A DNA stretch of 64,000 bases, from NCBI GenBank assembly GCA_021325335.1, contig JAJPHJ010000053.1, positions 2,541 to 66,540 of the forward strand, given 5' to 3'. A model generated the notes under the pieces. That model worked only from the letters and a program-made list of their open reading frames with translations, did not search any database and was not told the origin of the DNA. Shown one piece after another: positions 1 to 11,031 of the stretch (within the stretch, counting starts at the first letter, position 1; the number at the start of each line of letters is the position of its first letter). The translations under genes were made by a program, and so were the position numbers. The stretch comes from Pseudomonadota bacterium (GTDB lineage: Bacteria; Vulcanimicrobiota; Vulcanimicrobiia; Eremiobacterales; Eremiobacteraceae).

Positions 1-1013
1 ATGCCGACGTCAGCCATGGACGCTTCGCCCGGCCCGTTGACGGCGCATCCCATGACCGCCACTTTCACGGGCGCGCGATATTGCGAGGTGATCTCCTCGA
101 CCTTCTCCGCGAGCTTCACGATATCTATCTGCACGCGCCCGCACGACGGGCAGGATGTGATCTCAACACCCCGCTCGCGCAGACCGAGCGACTTGAGCAG
201 CTCCCAGCAGACCGGCACCTCTTCGATCGGATCCGCGGTCAGCGAGACGCGAATCGTGTCTCCGATGCCCTCTGCCAGCAAGATGCCGAGACCGACCGAG
301 CTCTTCACCGTGCCGCTGCGCAGCGTCCCCGCTTCCGTGATGCCCAAGTGGAACGGATAGTCGACTTTCGAGGCCATCAAGCGGTACGCGGCCACCGTCG
401 TGCGCACGTCATGCGCTTTCAGCGAGACGACGATGTCGTGGAACTCAAGCTCCTCAAGGATGCGGATGTGCCGCAGCCCCGACTCGACCATGCCGGCGGG
501 CGTGTGCCCGAAGCGCTGCACGATATCGGGCGCAAGCGAGCCGTTATTGACACCGATGCGGATCGGCATGCCGCGCGCCTTCGCGGCCGAGACGACTTCT
601 TTGACCTTGCGCTCGTCGCGGATATTACCCGGATTGAGCCGCAATTTGTCCCATCCTGCTTCGATGGCGGCAAGCGCGAAGCGATGATCGAAATGGATGT
701 CCGCCACGAGCGGCACCGGCGAGCCGGCCTTGATCTTGTCGCAGGCGGCAGCCGCCTTCGCGTCCGGCACGGAGACGCGGGCGATCTCGCAGCCCGCCGC
801 CGCGAGCGCGTGGATCTGCTCGAGCGTCGCCGCCCAATCGTCCGTGCGGGTCGTGGTCATCGATTGGACTGATATCGGAGCGTCGCCGCCGATCGTCACC
901 GTGCCGACCTTCACCGGCCGCGACCGGCGGCGCGATGAAAGCGGAGGCGCCTGCGGCGTGCGCGGCGCGACACCCGACCACTCCGGTACGGGAGGTAAGG
1001 ATTGCGCGCTCAT
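1..1013 (-). CDS. ispG: 4-hydroxy-3-methylbut-2-enyl diphosphate synthase IspG/GcpE (3' end runs off the window)
   Basis: Absent from the ORF track because it has no stop inside the window. My reverse-strand translation from ATG at 1013 reads MSAQSL...RRRSRPVKVGTVTIGGDAPISVQSMTTTRTDDWAATLEQIHALAAAGCEIARVSVP ... ITSCPSCGR ... VMGCAVNGPGEASMADVGI, which is the IspG pattern. ATGA overlap with the rseP stop. It follows the conserved dxr-rseP-ispG order. Confidence 0.85.
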   Translation of the reverse strand, partial: MSAQSLPPVPEWSGVAPRTPQAPPLSSRRRSRPVKVGTVTIGGDAPISVQSMTTTRTDDWAATLEQIHALAAAGCEIARVSVPDAKAAAACDKIKAGSPVPLVADIHFDHRFALAAIEAGWDKLRLNPGNIRDERKVKEVVSAAKARGMPIRIGVNNGSLAPDIVQRFGHTPAGMVESGLRHIRILEELEFHDIVVSLKAHDVRTTVAAYRLMASKVDYPFHLGITEAGTLRSGTVKSSVGLGILLAEGIGDTIRVSLTADPIEEVPVCWELLKSLGLRERGVEITSCPSCGRVQIDIVKLAEKVEEITSQYRAPVKVAVMGCAVNGPGEASMADVG

Positions 1014-2119
1014 AGGCCGCCCTTGCCTTGCACCCACTGCACGATGTCATTATAGGTGACAAACGCGACGAAGACCATGAGCAAGGCGAAGCCGGCAAGG
1101 TGGACGAGCCCTTCGCGCTCGGGGTTGATCGGCCGGCCGCGCAAGAATTCAACCGCCAAGAACGCAAGGCGGCCGCCGTCGAGCGCGGGGAAAGGCAGCA
1201 AATTGATGAGGCCGAGCATCACGGAGAGCTGGGCGCCGATGAGCGCGAGCGTGGCGAATCCTGCGGCCTCCGCTCCGATCACGAAGCGGGCGATGCCAAC
1301 GGGCCCGTGGATCACCGAAGAGGCGCGGTGCGCGCGGATCGCGCCGACGATGCCGACGAAGTTGGTCGCGGCCACGGTGCCGAGCATGCTCACGCCGTAG
1401 CCGATCGCCGCGATCGGTGGCTCCCGTTCGATCAGATAATGCGGCGTGAAGCCGAACGCGCCTTTGGGCTCGCCGTTCACGACGACGAGTGGCTTGTCCG
1501 CGATCTGCAGCTGCACGTGACGCCCCTGACGCAGCACGTCTACCTGCACGGTCTTATTCGCATGGCCACGGATGTAGTCGAGCATTTCACCGCCGCTGCG
1601 GATCGGGACGCCGTCCAACGCCACGATTTGATCGCCCGCCCGCAGCCCGGCCGCTGCTGCCGGCGTCCCCGACGACACTGCGTCGACGACGGTCGTCGGC
1701 CCCGTCGGCACGCCTTGCGCCCACGCCAGGGCGCTGAAGATGAGCACGGCGAGGACGAGATTGAAGATCGGGCCGGCTGCGATGATGCCGAAGCGCGCGC
1801 CGACGCTCTTATGATTGAAGTTGCCCGGGTCGCTCGAGGCGCCCTCGCTATCCTCGCCGAGCATCTTGCAGTAGCCCCCGAGCGGCAAGGCGTTCAGGCG
1901 GTAGGTCGTGTCGCCGCGGCGGACCGCGGCGAGCGACGGACCAAAACCCACCGCGAAATCGGTCACGGTCACGCCTGCGAGCTTCGCGCAGATGAAGTGT
2001 CCGAACTCGTGGAAGATGATGAGCACGGACAAGAGGGCGATGTAGATCAAGACCTTACCCGCTCCTGCGAGCGCGACGCTGACCACGAAGGCGTAGGGGA
2101 TCAAGGCTGCGATCATCAT
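1010..2119 (-). CDS. rseP: RIP (site-2) zinc metalloprotease, RseP/YluC family
   Basis: 369-aa track ORF. HEFGHFICAKLAG (HExxH) lies in the first TM region. There is a central PDZ-like segment (GLRAGDQIVALDG) and a C-terminal NLLPFPALDGG motif. Conserved position between dxr and ispG. Confidence 0.9.
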   Translation of the reverse strand: MMIAALIPYAFVVSVALAGAGKVLIYIALLSVLIIFHEFGHFICAKLAGVTVTDFAVGFGPSLAAVRRGDTTYRLNALPLGGYCKMLGEDSEGASSDPGNFNHKSVGARFGIIAAGPIFNLVLAVLIFSALAWAQGVPTGPTTVVDAVSSGTPAAAAGLRAGDQIVALDGVPIRSGGEMLDYIRGHANKTVQVDVLRQGRHVQLQIADKPLVVVNGEPKGAFGFTPHYLIEREPPIAAIGYGVSMLGTVAATNFVGIVGAIRAHRASSVIHGPVGIARFVIGAEAAGFATLALIGAQLSVMLGLINLLPFPALDGGRLAFLAVEFLRGRPINPEREGLVHLAGFALLMVFVAFVTYNDIVQWVQGKGGL

Positions 2120-2149
2120 CTGGCGCGGTCCGCGGCGCTTCCTCGCTCT

Positions 2150-3331
2150 CTAGCGGTGCAGCGATGCGCGAATGGCGTCGCGCACCTGCTCGCGGCCGGT
2201 CCGGTCGGCCGACAGCACGTCTTCAAGGTCGTCGCCCGCGGGCAGGTGGTTTTCCAGCACGCTTTCGACGATCGGGTGGATTTGCGTAAACTTAATTTGC
2301 TTGCGTAGGAAGGCGCGTCCTGCCTCTTCGTTCGCGGCGGAAAGCACGGCCGGATACGTACCTCCCAATGCGAGCGCGCGGTAAGCAAGCCGCACGGAAG
2401 GAAAACGGACGTCGTCAACCGGTTCGAAAGTCAGCGTCGTCGCCGCACCGCCGAGCCCGATCGCGGCTCTCGTATCCGCCTCCGCCACCGCCGCAGGCAG
2501 CCGCTGCGGGTAAGCGAGCGCATAGCCGATGGGCAGGCGCATGTCCGGACTCGCGAGTTGCGCTTTCACGTTGCCGTCGCGAAAAATCACAAAGCCATGG
2601 ACGACGCTTTGCCGGTGCACCACCACTTCGATGGATGCTGGGGGAAGTGAGAACAGCGAGCTCGCCTCGATCACCTCGAGGCCCTTGTTCATGAGTGACG
2701 CCGAGTCAAGCGTGTTCTTCGCGCCCATGCGCCACTTCGGATGCGCGAGCGCGTCTTCCGGCGTCGCCTTTTCCATCCGCTCCAGCGACCACTCCCAAAA
2801 CGGACCGCCGGACGCCGTGAGAATCACGCTCTTCACGTCCTCCGGCTGCTCGCCGGCGAGGCACTGGAACAGCGCGCTGTGTTCGGAATCCACCGGCACG
2901 ATGCGCGCTCCCGTGCTGCGCGCCAGGCGGCAAATGATGTGCCCCGCGGCCACCAGGAGCTCTTTGTTGGCAAGTGCGACATGGAGGCCGCGGCTCACGG
3001 ATTCGAAGACCGCGCGCAGCGCGACCATGCCGTCCGTGGCGGCGACCACGATGTCCGCCTCTGCTTCGAGCGCACAGGCGACGAGGCCGTCTTCGCCATG
3101 TTCGATGCGCGGCAGCGGATGCGGCAGGCGTTGGCGCAACGCAGACGCGGTCTCGCTGCTTGCGACCGACAGCACCTGCGGTTGCCAGCTGCGGGCTTGT
3201 TGCGCCAAGAGCTCGATGTTCTCTCCCGCGGCCAACGCCGCCACGGAAAAGCGTTCGGGGTGCGCCGCGATGACTTCCAGAGTCTGCCGCCCGATCGAAC
3301 CCGTCGATCCGAGGATCGCGACGCGTCGCAT
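2150..3331 (-). CDS. dxr: 1-deoxy-D-xylulose 5-phosphate reductoisomerase
   Basis: 393-aa ORF with the N-terminal GSTGSIGRQTLEV NADPH-binding motif, VDSEHSALFQC, and a full-length Dxr-like layout. Conserved cdsA-dxr-rseP neighbourhood. Confidence 0.95.
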   Translation of the reverse strand: MRRVAILGSTGSIGRQTLEVIAAHPERFSVAALAAGENIELLAQQARSWQPQVLSVASSETASALRQRLPHPLPRIEHGEDGLVACALEAEADIVVAATDGMVALRAVFESVSRGLHVALANKELLVAAGHIICRLARSTGARIVPVDSEHSALFQCLAGEQPEDVKSVILTASGGPFWEWSLERMEKATPEDALAHPKWRMGAKNTLDSASLMNKGLEVIEASSLFSLPPASIEVVVHRQSVVHGFVIFRDGNVKAQLASPDMRLPIGYALAYPQRLPAAVAEADTRAAIGLGGAATTLTFEPVDDVRFPSVRLAYRALALGGTYPAVLSAANEEAGRAFLRKQIKFTQIHPIVESVLENHLPAGDDLEDVLSADRTGREQVRDAIRASLHR

Positions 3332-3337
3332 CCGTCC

Positions 3338-4183
3338 TCAGCGCACGCCGGCGAGGAACAGGATCGCGTAACCGACCACGCCCGCGAAGATATACGAGTC
3401 GAAACGGTCGAGCACGCCGCCGTGGCTCGCCAACAGATGACCGGAATCTTTGACCTGGGCGTTGCGCTTCAGCGCCGATTCGACGAGGTCGCCGAATTGC
3501 GCGGACACCGACACGCCGAGCGGAAGCGCGAGCGCGAGCCACAGCGGCCCGCCGACGCCGAGCAGCCAGTAGCTCGCGGCGCCCGCCACGCCGGCAGTGA
3601 AAAGCGCGGCGATCGTGCCTTCCCAGGTCTTGCCCGGCGACAGCCGGGGCGCAAGCGGCCGGTGGCCGAAGCGCAATCCCGCGATCATGCCCGCAGTATC
3701 AGTCAAGACGACGATGATGACGATCCACAGCACGAGGCGTTCGCCGTGCGGCAGCGCGCGCAGCACGATGAAATACGAGAGCAGTTTTCCCAAGTACAGC
3801 GAAGCGAGGACGGTCATCGCGACCCGTCCGTCGTAGCGCTCCAGACTTTCCGGCAGCGCGGCGACGAACGATGCCAGCACGAGCGACGCGACGAGCGTCG
3901 ACTCGAACCGGGCGAGCAGACCGAAATAGGCCAGCACCGGATACGCGATGCAGGCCACGACCACGATGGGCAAAGACACCTCGCCGCCCGCGCGGCGCGC
4001 GAGGTTAGCGAATTCGACCGCGCCGGCGAGCGCGATCGCGGCGATCACGGCCGCGAGCGCCATGGGGTTGAAGATCGACGCGATGCCGAGCACCGCGACG
4101 ACCAGGCCGATGACGACCCGTTTGACCGTCAGCTCGCGGCGCAACCGGGCGCCCGTCCGTTCAAACGTGCCGGCGGAGTTCAC
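3338..4183 (-). CDS. cdsA: phosphatidate cytidylyltransferase (CDP-diglyceride synthase)
   Basis: 281-aa multi-TM ORF with the C-terminal signature FGDLVESALKRNAQVKDSGHLLASHGGVLDRFDS. The GTG start overlaps (GTGA) the stop of the upstream 70-codon ORF. Confidence 0.9.
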   Translation of the reverse strand: MNSAGTFERTGARLRRELTVKRVVIGLVVAVLGIASIFNPMALAAVIAAIALAGAVEFANLARRAGGEVSLPIVVVACIAYPVLAYFGLLARFESTLVASLVLASFVAALPESLERYDGRVAMTVLASLYLGKLLSYFIVLRALPHGERLVLWIVIIVVLTDTAGMIAGLRFGHRPLAPRLSPGKTWEGTIAALFTAGVAGAASYWLLGVGGPLWLALALPLGVSVSAQFGDLVESALKRNAQVKDSGHLLASHGGVLDRFDSYIFAGVVGYAILFLAGVR

Positions 4184-4388
4184 GGCAGCCGTTCATAGTC
4201 GTCGTACGACGTCTCGAGGCGGATCGTCTGGCCATCGCGTTTGACCCGGACCACGCGGAGCGTGCCGACGCCGAGCGCCGGGTAGGGCGGAGTGATGACG
4301 CTCAGATGGACGTCGCCGTCCCCGATGATCTCGAGGGCGCGGACGTAGGGAAGCAAGAGGAGTTCTTCGTTGCCCAGGGCGGGCACGC

Positions 4389-4392
<4 letters not shown>
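4180..4392 (-). CDS. small hypothetical protein (70 aa) embedded in the frr-cdsA operon
   Basis: Track ORF MSVPALGNEELLLLPYVRALEIIGDGDVHLSVITPPYPALGVGTLRVVRVKRDGQTIRLETSYDDYERLP. The GTG start overlaps the frr stop (GTGA) and its stop overlaps the cdsA GTG start (GTGA). By my hand count 61 of 70 codons end in G or C, like the neighbouring real genes. I recognise no family. Confidence 0.45.
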
Positions 4393-6242
<1,850 letters not shown>

Positions 6243-6291
6243 GACAGAGTTTTCCGTTTCATCGCGTAGGGGATGTTCCCTTGTCGTCGCC

Positions 6292-7065
6292 TCAGTGCGC
6301 ATCGACGCCCGCAGTCTGCTCGGCTGACGCCTCTTCGCTTGCGACTGCTTCCCCGGCGCTGCCGGATTCGGCTTCAGTCCGTCCCTCCAAAATCGCATCC
6401 GCGACCTTGCCCGTCATGAGCTTCACCGCGCGGATGGCATCGTCGTTGCCGGGTATGGGATAGTCGATCTCGTCGGGATCGCAATTCGTGTCGATGACCG
6501 CGATGATCGGGATCTTCAGCTTGCGCGCCTCGAGCACCGCGATGCGCTCCTTGCGCGGATCGACGATGTAGAGCGCGTCGGGCAGGCGCGGCATGTCTTT
6601 GATGCCTCCCAAGAAGCGCTCCAGACGGGAAAGCTCGTCCTCGAGCTTGCTCACTTCTTTCTTCGTCAGCGCGTCGAACACGCCGGTGTCGCGCTGCCGC
6701 TCGAGCTCGCGTAGCCGCGAAATGCGTTTCTGGATCGTCTGAAAGTTGGTGAGCGTGCCGCCGAGCCAGCGTTGGTTCACAAAGAACATCCCGCAGCGCT
6801 CGGCCTCCTCGCGCACGACCTCCTGCGCCTGCTTCTTCGTGCCGACGAACAAGAAGATCTTGCCGCGCCGCGACATCTCCTTGGTGGCTTCGTAGACCTC
6901 GCGCAACCGTTGCACGGTCTTGGCGAGGTCGATGATGTAGATACCGTTTCGCTCTTGGAATATGTAGCGCGCCATCTTGGGGTTCCAGCGGCGCGTTTGA
7001 TGACCGAAGTGCACCCCTGCTTCAAGGAGCTGCTTCATAGAGATGACAGAACTTGGAGTCGCCAT
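6292..7065 (-). CDS. rpsB: 30S ribosomal protein S2
   Basis: Track ORF trimmed to ATG 7065 ([31 protein letters not shown]), preceded by AAAGGGA 6 nt upstream. It has an acidic/Ala-rich C-terminal tail. Confidence 0.9.
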   Translation of the reverse strand: MATPSSVISMKQLLEAGVHFGHQTRRWNPKMARYIFQERNGIYIIDLAKTVQRLREVYEATKEMSRRGKIFLFVGTKKQAQEVVREEAERCGMFFVNQRWLGGTLTNFQTIQKRISRLRELERQRDTGVFDALTKKEVSKLEDELSRLERFLGGIKDMPRLPDALYIVDPRKERIAVLEARKLKIPIIAVIDTNCDPDEIDYPIPGNDDAIRAVKLMTGKVADAILEGRTEAESGSAGEAVASEEASAEQTAGVDAH

Positions 7066-7209
7066 TGCGTTCCCTTTCAGCGGACGCACCCGCACGCGGG
7101 CGCCGCATTCCTAGGGCCGCGTGCGTCCGATCGCCGTCGGCTAGACACACAGAGGGCGGAAGCGACCGCCTCCGCCTGCGCTAAAAAGCCCTAAACTTGC
7201 GCTTGATGG

Positions 7210-7239
7210 ATTATACCATGCAGGGAGGCTCGCGCGCAA
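7210..7239 (-). promoter_or_regulatory. candidate rpsB promoter (extended -10 TGGTATAAT, -35 TTGCGC)
   Basis: Minus-strand TATAAT lies at 7215..7210 with TG at 7218..7217. TTGCGC lies at 7239..7234 (18-nt spacer). This implies a ~138-nt structured leader before the rpsB ATG. Confidence 0.5.
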
Positions 7240-7294
7240 TTGCGCGGCGCTGGTCCAGGGGGCCGTTTGGGCCCGCTTGAAGCCCGCTGTTGCG

Positions 7295-8179
7295 ATGTTC
7301 CTCGAAGCCTTCGGACTCGTGCGCGATCCTTTCTTGGACACGGCCGACCCTAGCTTCTACTTCGAAACCTTGTCAGCGGCGCACGCTCGTCGGCGGCTCG
7401 TGGAATGCTTGGCGACCGGCCGCGGTCTTGCCGTGGTCGTCGGGGCCATCGGCGCGGGGAAGACGACGCTGTTCAACGCCGCCGCCGCCGATTTGTACGG
7501 CTCGGACACCTATCTCGTCGGACAGATCCTCGACCCCACTTTTGCAGACGAGGGCGAGCTCATCTGCGCCATCGCCGATTGCTTCGGCTTCGACGTGGAC
7601 CGCCAGGCGACGCTTCGGCAGATGAAGGAATCGCTCAAGCGCTCCCTTTTCGAAACGGGCATGCAGCGCCAACCGATCCTCTTGATCGACGAGGCGCAGC
7701 TTCTGCTCGAACCGATGCTCGAGACCCTGCGTGGATTGCTCAACTTCCAACTCGACGAGCGCAAGCTGTTGGCGATCGCGCTCTCGGGTCAACGCGAACT
7801 GGCTGAAGCGATGCTGCGGCGCCCGAATCTGTGCGATCGCGTGGCGCTGTGGATCGATTTGCTGCCCTTGCGCGAGTCAGAAGCCATCGGCCTCATCGAG
7901 CACCGCCTGCGCAGCGCCGGTTATCGCGGCGAGCGTTCGCCGTTCGACGACGATGCAGCGCGCGAGATCTGGCGCTCGAGCGGGGGGGTGCCGCGCCGCC
8001 TCGTCGCGCTCGCGCGCGAGTCGATGGAGGTCGCCGCCGAGCGCGGCAACGCGAAGATCACGATGGCATGCGTCGCCGAGGCGCGATCGCGCGTCGCGCC
8101 CCTCGCCAAAGCTGCAGAGCGGCGCGAGGATGCGCAGGGCTCGCGGCCATGGTGGCGCTTTTGGCGCAAGGCTTCATGA
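7295..8179 (+). CDS. ExeA/MshM-like AAA (AAA_22) ATPase
   Basis: Track ORF 7277..8179. I prefer ATG 7295 (MFLEAFGLVRDPF...), which matches the FGL...PF N-terminus of ExeA-type proteins. Walker A VGAIGAGKTT, Walker B ILLIDEAQLL, and a LSGQRELAE sensor-like segment. Confidence 0.75.
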   Translation: MFLEAFGLVRDPFLDTADPSFYFETLSAAHARRRLVECLATGRGLAVVVGAIGAGKTTLFNAAAADLYGSDTYLVGQILDPTFADEGELICAIADCFGFDVDRQATLRQMKESLKRSLFETGMQRQPILLIDEAQLLLEPMLETLRGLLNFQLDERKLLAIALSGQRELAEAMLRRPNLCDRVALWIDLLPLRESEAIGLIEHRLRSAGYRGERSPFDDDAAREIWRSSGGVPRRLVALARESMEVAAERGNAKITMACVAEARSRVAPLAKAAERREDAQGSRPWWRFWRKAS

Positions 8180-8835
8180 GCGCGCCGCGTGACATCCCTC
8201 CCGACATGTTGCTCTTGCAGGCGCGCGCGGGGCGCCTGGCGCGAAGGCCGCCATCTCCCGATGAGACGGCGATCGAGATCTTCGCGTCGGATGAGGACGC
8301 GCTCGTCGAGAGCGACGAGCCCGTTGACGACGATCCAGGATCTTTGCGACTGCGACGGCCTATCGCTAGCGTGCACCTCGGCCAGATCGGATGGGGCGGC
8401 GCGATCGACCATGACGCCTTGCAAGCGGCGCTCGCCTGCGCGCCTGCGGGACCGTTGCCGGACTCGCGCTGGCGGCTGATCCTCGGGTCCCACCAGGCTC
8501 CCGCCTCGGAGCAGGCCCAGGATTCGGCAAGCGCGCTCGAGGTCACCCTCTCCGCCGCCGACCTCGCGCTCTGCGAAGCGCTCGCCAAATCCGACGCCGG
8601 GCGATCGCTCCCCGCCTTCGCGGCGGCGCTTCGGCTGCCCGATCGGCTCACGGGCGCGAGCGCGCCGACCGCAGCCGTCCTGGCCGAAGTGCTCGCGAGC
8701 TATCGGCGGGCTTCTCTCACCTGCGTCTGGGCATCGTGCTTGGAACTGACGCGCGCCGACCTCTTCGCGCGCGAGCGTGATGAAAGCGCAGTGGCGCTGC
8801 TCTCGGCGATGCGCGCCGTGCTGGGGGAACCTTGA
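8176..8835 (+). CDS. hypothetical acidic protein (219 aa), translationally coupled to the ExeA-like ATPase
   Basis: This is the in-frame tail of track ORF 7831..8835. ATG 8176 overlaps the upstream TGA (ATGA). The sequence MSAPRDIPPDMLLLQARAGRLARRPPSPDETAIEIFASDEDALVESDEPVDDDPG... has no TM segment and no motif I recognise. Confidence 0.5.
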   Translation: MSAPRDIPPDMLLLQARAGRLARRPPSPDETAIEIFASDEDALVESDEPVDDDPGSLRLRRPIASVHLGQIGWGGAIDHDALQAALACAPAGPLPDSRWRLILGSHQAPASEQAQDSASALEVTLSAADLALCEALAKSDAGRSLPAFAAALRLPDRLTGASAPTAAVLAEVLASYRRASLTCVWASCLELTRADLFARERDESAVALLSAMRAVLGEP

Positions 8836-8837
8836 AA

Positions 8838-9053
8838 CTACGAGGTGGTCGTCGGGACCTTGATGCTGCCCGTAGCCGTAGCGGAGAGCGCGAGCGTCTG
8901 GCGTTCCCGATAGATCTCTGAACGGTGCACCGGGATGGAGCGCGGAGCGGTGATCCCAAGCTTCACCTGATCGCTCCCGACGGCGACAACCGTGATGCGG
9001 ATGTCATCGCCGATGATGATCTCCTGGTTAAGCTTGCGCGTCAAGACGAGCAT
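8838..9053 (-). CDS. csrA: carbon storage regulator CsrA (RNA-binding translational regulator)
   Basis: 71-aa [51 protein letters not shown], the canonical CsrA fold sequence. ACGGAGG SD sits upstream. Confidence 0.9.
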   Translation of the reverse strand: MLVLTRKLNQEIIIGDDIRITVVAVGSDQVKLGITAPRSIPVHRSEIYRERQTLALSATATGSIKVPTTTS

Positions 9054-9138
9054 GAATCGCCTCCGTTAGATACACGGATGCAAAAAGGTTTCGGTCGTTT
9101 CCACCGTCGCCGGGCTGCATCCTTGCGACTTGCAGATT

Positions 9139-9915
9139 TCAGGTCGCGAGCTTGGTGCGGACGGGCACGACGGGTGCGAACGCCAGCACGATGATGGCGC
9201 AGAACAGCCACAAGAGCTCCCACAGCGTACCGGTTCCTACGGTGCCCATGACGAGCGCGCGGAACACGTTCACCGCGTGATAGAGCGGTGTCAGCCACGC
9301 GATGACGAGCGCCCAATGCGGGAACTTGTCCAGCGGGAAGAACACGCCGGAGATCATGACCATCGGCGTGGCCACGAACGAGAAGTAGTAGAACAGATGC
9401 TCTTGCGTCTTGACCACGAACGAGACGAGCAGTGCCGGGATCGCGCAGACGATGCCCGCAAGCGCCAGCACGAGCGGACAGCACAGCGCCCACCAGGAAT
9501 GCACGAGTCCGAAGCCGGTGATGACCGCTAAGAACAGCGTGCCGTACAGCATCGAGCGGAAAGCCTCCCAGAGGTACTCGCCGGCGGCGATCTCCATCGG
9601 GTCCACGGGCGCGGTCACCATCGATTCGTAAACACCGCTCGTGACGCGACGCTCGTAGCAACCCCAAGCGGCGTCGAACGTCGCCGTGTTGAGCGCCGTC
9701 AGTCCCAAAAAGCCGGGCGCCATGAACTGCACGAGCGAGCCGTAGCCCGAAAACGTGATATACGCGCCTAGGCCGAAGCCCAGCGCGAGAAAATACGCGA
9801 ACGGTTCGACGATGTTGATCGCGACGCTCGACCAGGCATACTTCTGCCACGCATATAGGTTGCGCCGGAAGACGCGCCAGGCATTGGGCCGGAAGAACGC
9901 CGCCACCGGATTCAT
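9139..9915 (-). CDS. ABC-2 type exporter permease
   Basis: Track ORF trimmed to ATG 9915 (MNPVAAFFRPNAWRVFRRNLYAWQKYAW...), which overlaps the ATPase stop (ATGA). About six TM segments, typical of ABC-2 (DrrB/NodJ-like) permeases. Confidence 0.8.
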   Translation of the reverse strand: MNPVAAFFRPNAWRVFRRNLYAWQKYAWSSVAINIVEPFAYFLALGFGLGAYITFSGYGSLVQFMAPGFLGLTALNTATFDAAWGCYERRVTSGVYESMVTAPVDPMEIAAGEYLWEAFRSMLYGTLFLAVITGFGLVHSWWALCCPLVLALAGIVCAIPALLVSFVVKTQEHLFYYFSFVATPMVMISGVFFPLDKFPHWALVIAWLTPLYHAVNVFRALVMGTVGTGTLWELLWLFCAIIVLAFAPVVPVRTKLAT

Positions 9916-10841
9916 TCGACGAGTTCCCTCCCGGTGAGGTTCAAGAAGACATCCTCGAGCGTCGCGTGACGCGCCACGTGCCGCGGCGGATCGAAGCCGA
10001 GATCGCGCAAGCGGCGCAACAGCTCGCGACTGTCCCGGCAAAATAGGTACTGCGTATCCCCGTGCCGCTCGCGTCTCACGACCAGACCGTCGAGTTGCTC
10101 GTGCAGCGCGCTCGCATCTGCAGCATCGATCAGCTCGAGCACATCCGCCGCCGCGAAGCGTTCGATGAGCTCGAAGGGCGTCCCGAGCGCGAGGATCCGG
10201 CCTTCATCGATGATGGCCACCCGGTTGCACAGACGCGCCGCTTCTTCCATATAATGCGTGGTGAGGAGCAGGGTCAAGCCGGCTTCGCGCAGCGCTCCGA
10301 GCTTCTCCCAGACGAGCAACCTCGCTTGAGGGTCAAGACCGGTCGTGGGCTCATCGAGCACGAGGATCTCGGGGTCGTTGACGAGCGCGCGGGCGATGAC
10401 GAGCCGGCGCTTCATCCCGCCGGATATCTCTTTGACCTGCGCGCGTTCTTTACCGGTTAGGCTCAAGAGATCCAGCAGTTCGGTCGCGCGCCGCCGCGCC
10501 TGCGCGCCCCCGATGCCGAAGAAGGATGCGTAGAGCAACAGATTTTCGAGCACGGTCAGTTCGGGATCGATGTCGTTCTCCTGCGCGACGACGCCCAGCC
10601 GCTGCTTGATCGCGACCGCATCCCTCGCCGGGTCGCGCCCGAGCACGAGCAGATCGCCGCTCGTCCGCGCGATCCGGCAGTAGATCATCTTCATCGTGGT
10701 CGTCTTGCCGGCGCCGTTGACGCCCAGGAAGCCGAAGCACTCGCCTGCGGGGATCGAGAAATCAATCCCGCGGACCGCTTGGGTCTGGCCGTACCGCTTG
10801 GTGAGCGCGCGAGCGCTGACGACCGGTGAGTAGGCGCACAT
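9912..10841 (-). CDS. ABC transporter ATP-binding protein (DrrA/NodI-like)
   Basis: Track ORF trimmed to ATG 10841 (MCAYSPVVSARALTKRYG...). Walker A GVNGAGKTTT, signature ISGGMKRRL, Walker B ILVLDEPTTGLD. Confidence 0.9.
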   Translation of the reverse strand: MCAYSPVVSARALTKRYGQTQAVRGIDFSIPAGECFGFLGVNGAGKTTTMKMIYCRIARTSGDLLVLGRDPARDAVAIKQRLGVVAQENDIDPELTVLENLLLYASFFGIGGAQARRRATELLDLLSLTGKERAQVKEISGGMKRRLVIARALVNDPEILVLDEPTTGLDPQARLLVWEKLGALREAGLTLLLTTHYMEEAARLCNRVAIIDEGRILALGTPFELIERFAAADVLELIDAADASALHEQLDGLVVRRERHGDTQYLFCRDSRELLRRLRDLGFDPPRHVARHATLEDVFLNLTGRELVE

Positions 10842-11031
10842 CGTCCGGCCTTCTTTCTGTCCGGTCCCATGGGCGGCCCTGGCCATGCCGGAGTGGTCGC
10901 ACCGTTCCATTTTCCGTCGTGCCCGAGCGAAGGCTGTTCTGCACCGGAATCGAAACAGCGCGCTCATGGTTCGACACCTCTTCCGCTTCCACTCGATGCC
11001 GAAGATCCCACCGGCGTGTAGGTAGCCGCTC

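Noticed and set aside
1028-2308. 426-aa + strand ORF (and the 1..360, 81..872 and 625..1167 ORFs at the left edge)
   Set aside because: They are antisense to, or out of frame with, rseP and ispG, which have clear family motifs. The products are R/D/E/H/A-rich low-complexity sequence, typical of high-GC shadow ORFs.
2741-4198. 485-aa + strand ORF
   Set aside because: It is antisense to dxr and cdsA. Its Arg/Asp/His-rich sequence has no motifs. It is a shadow ORF caused by stop-codon scarcity.
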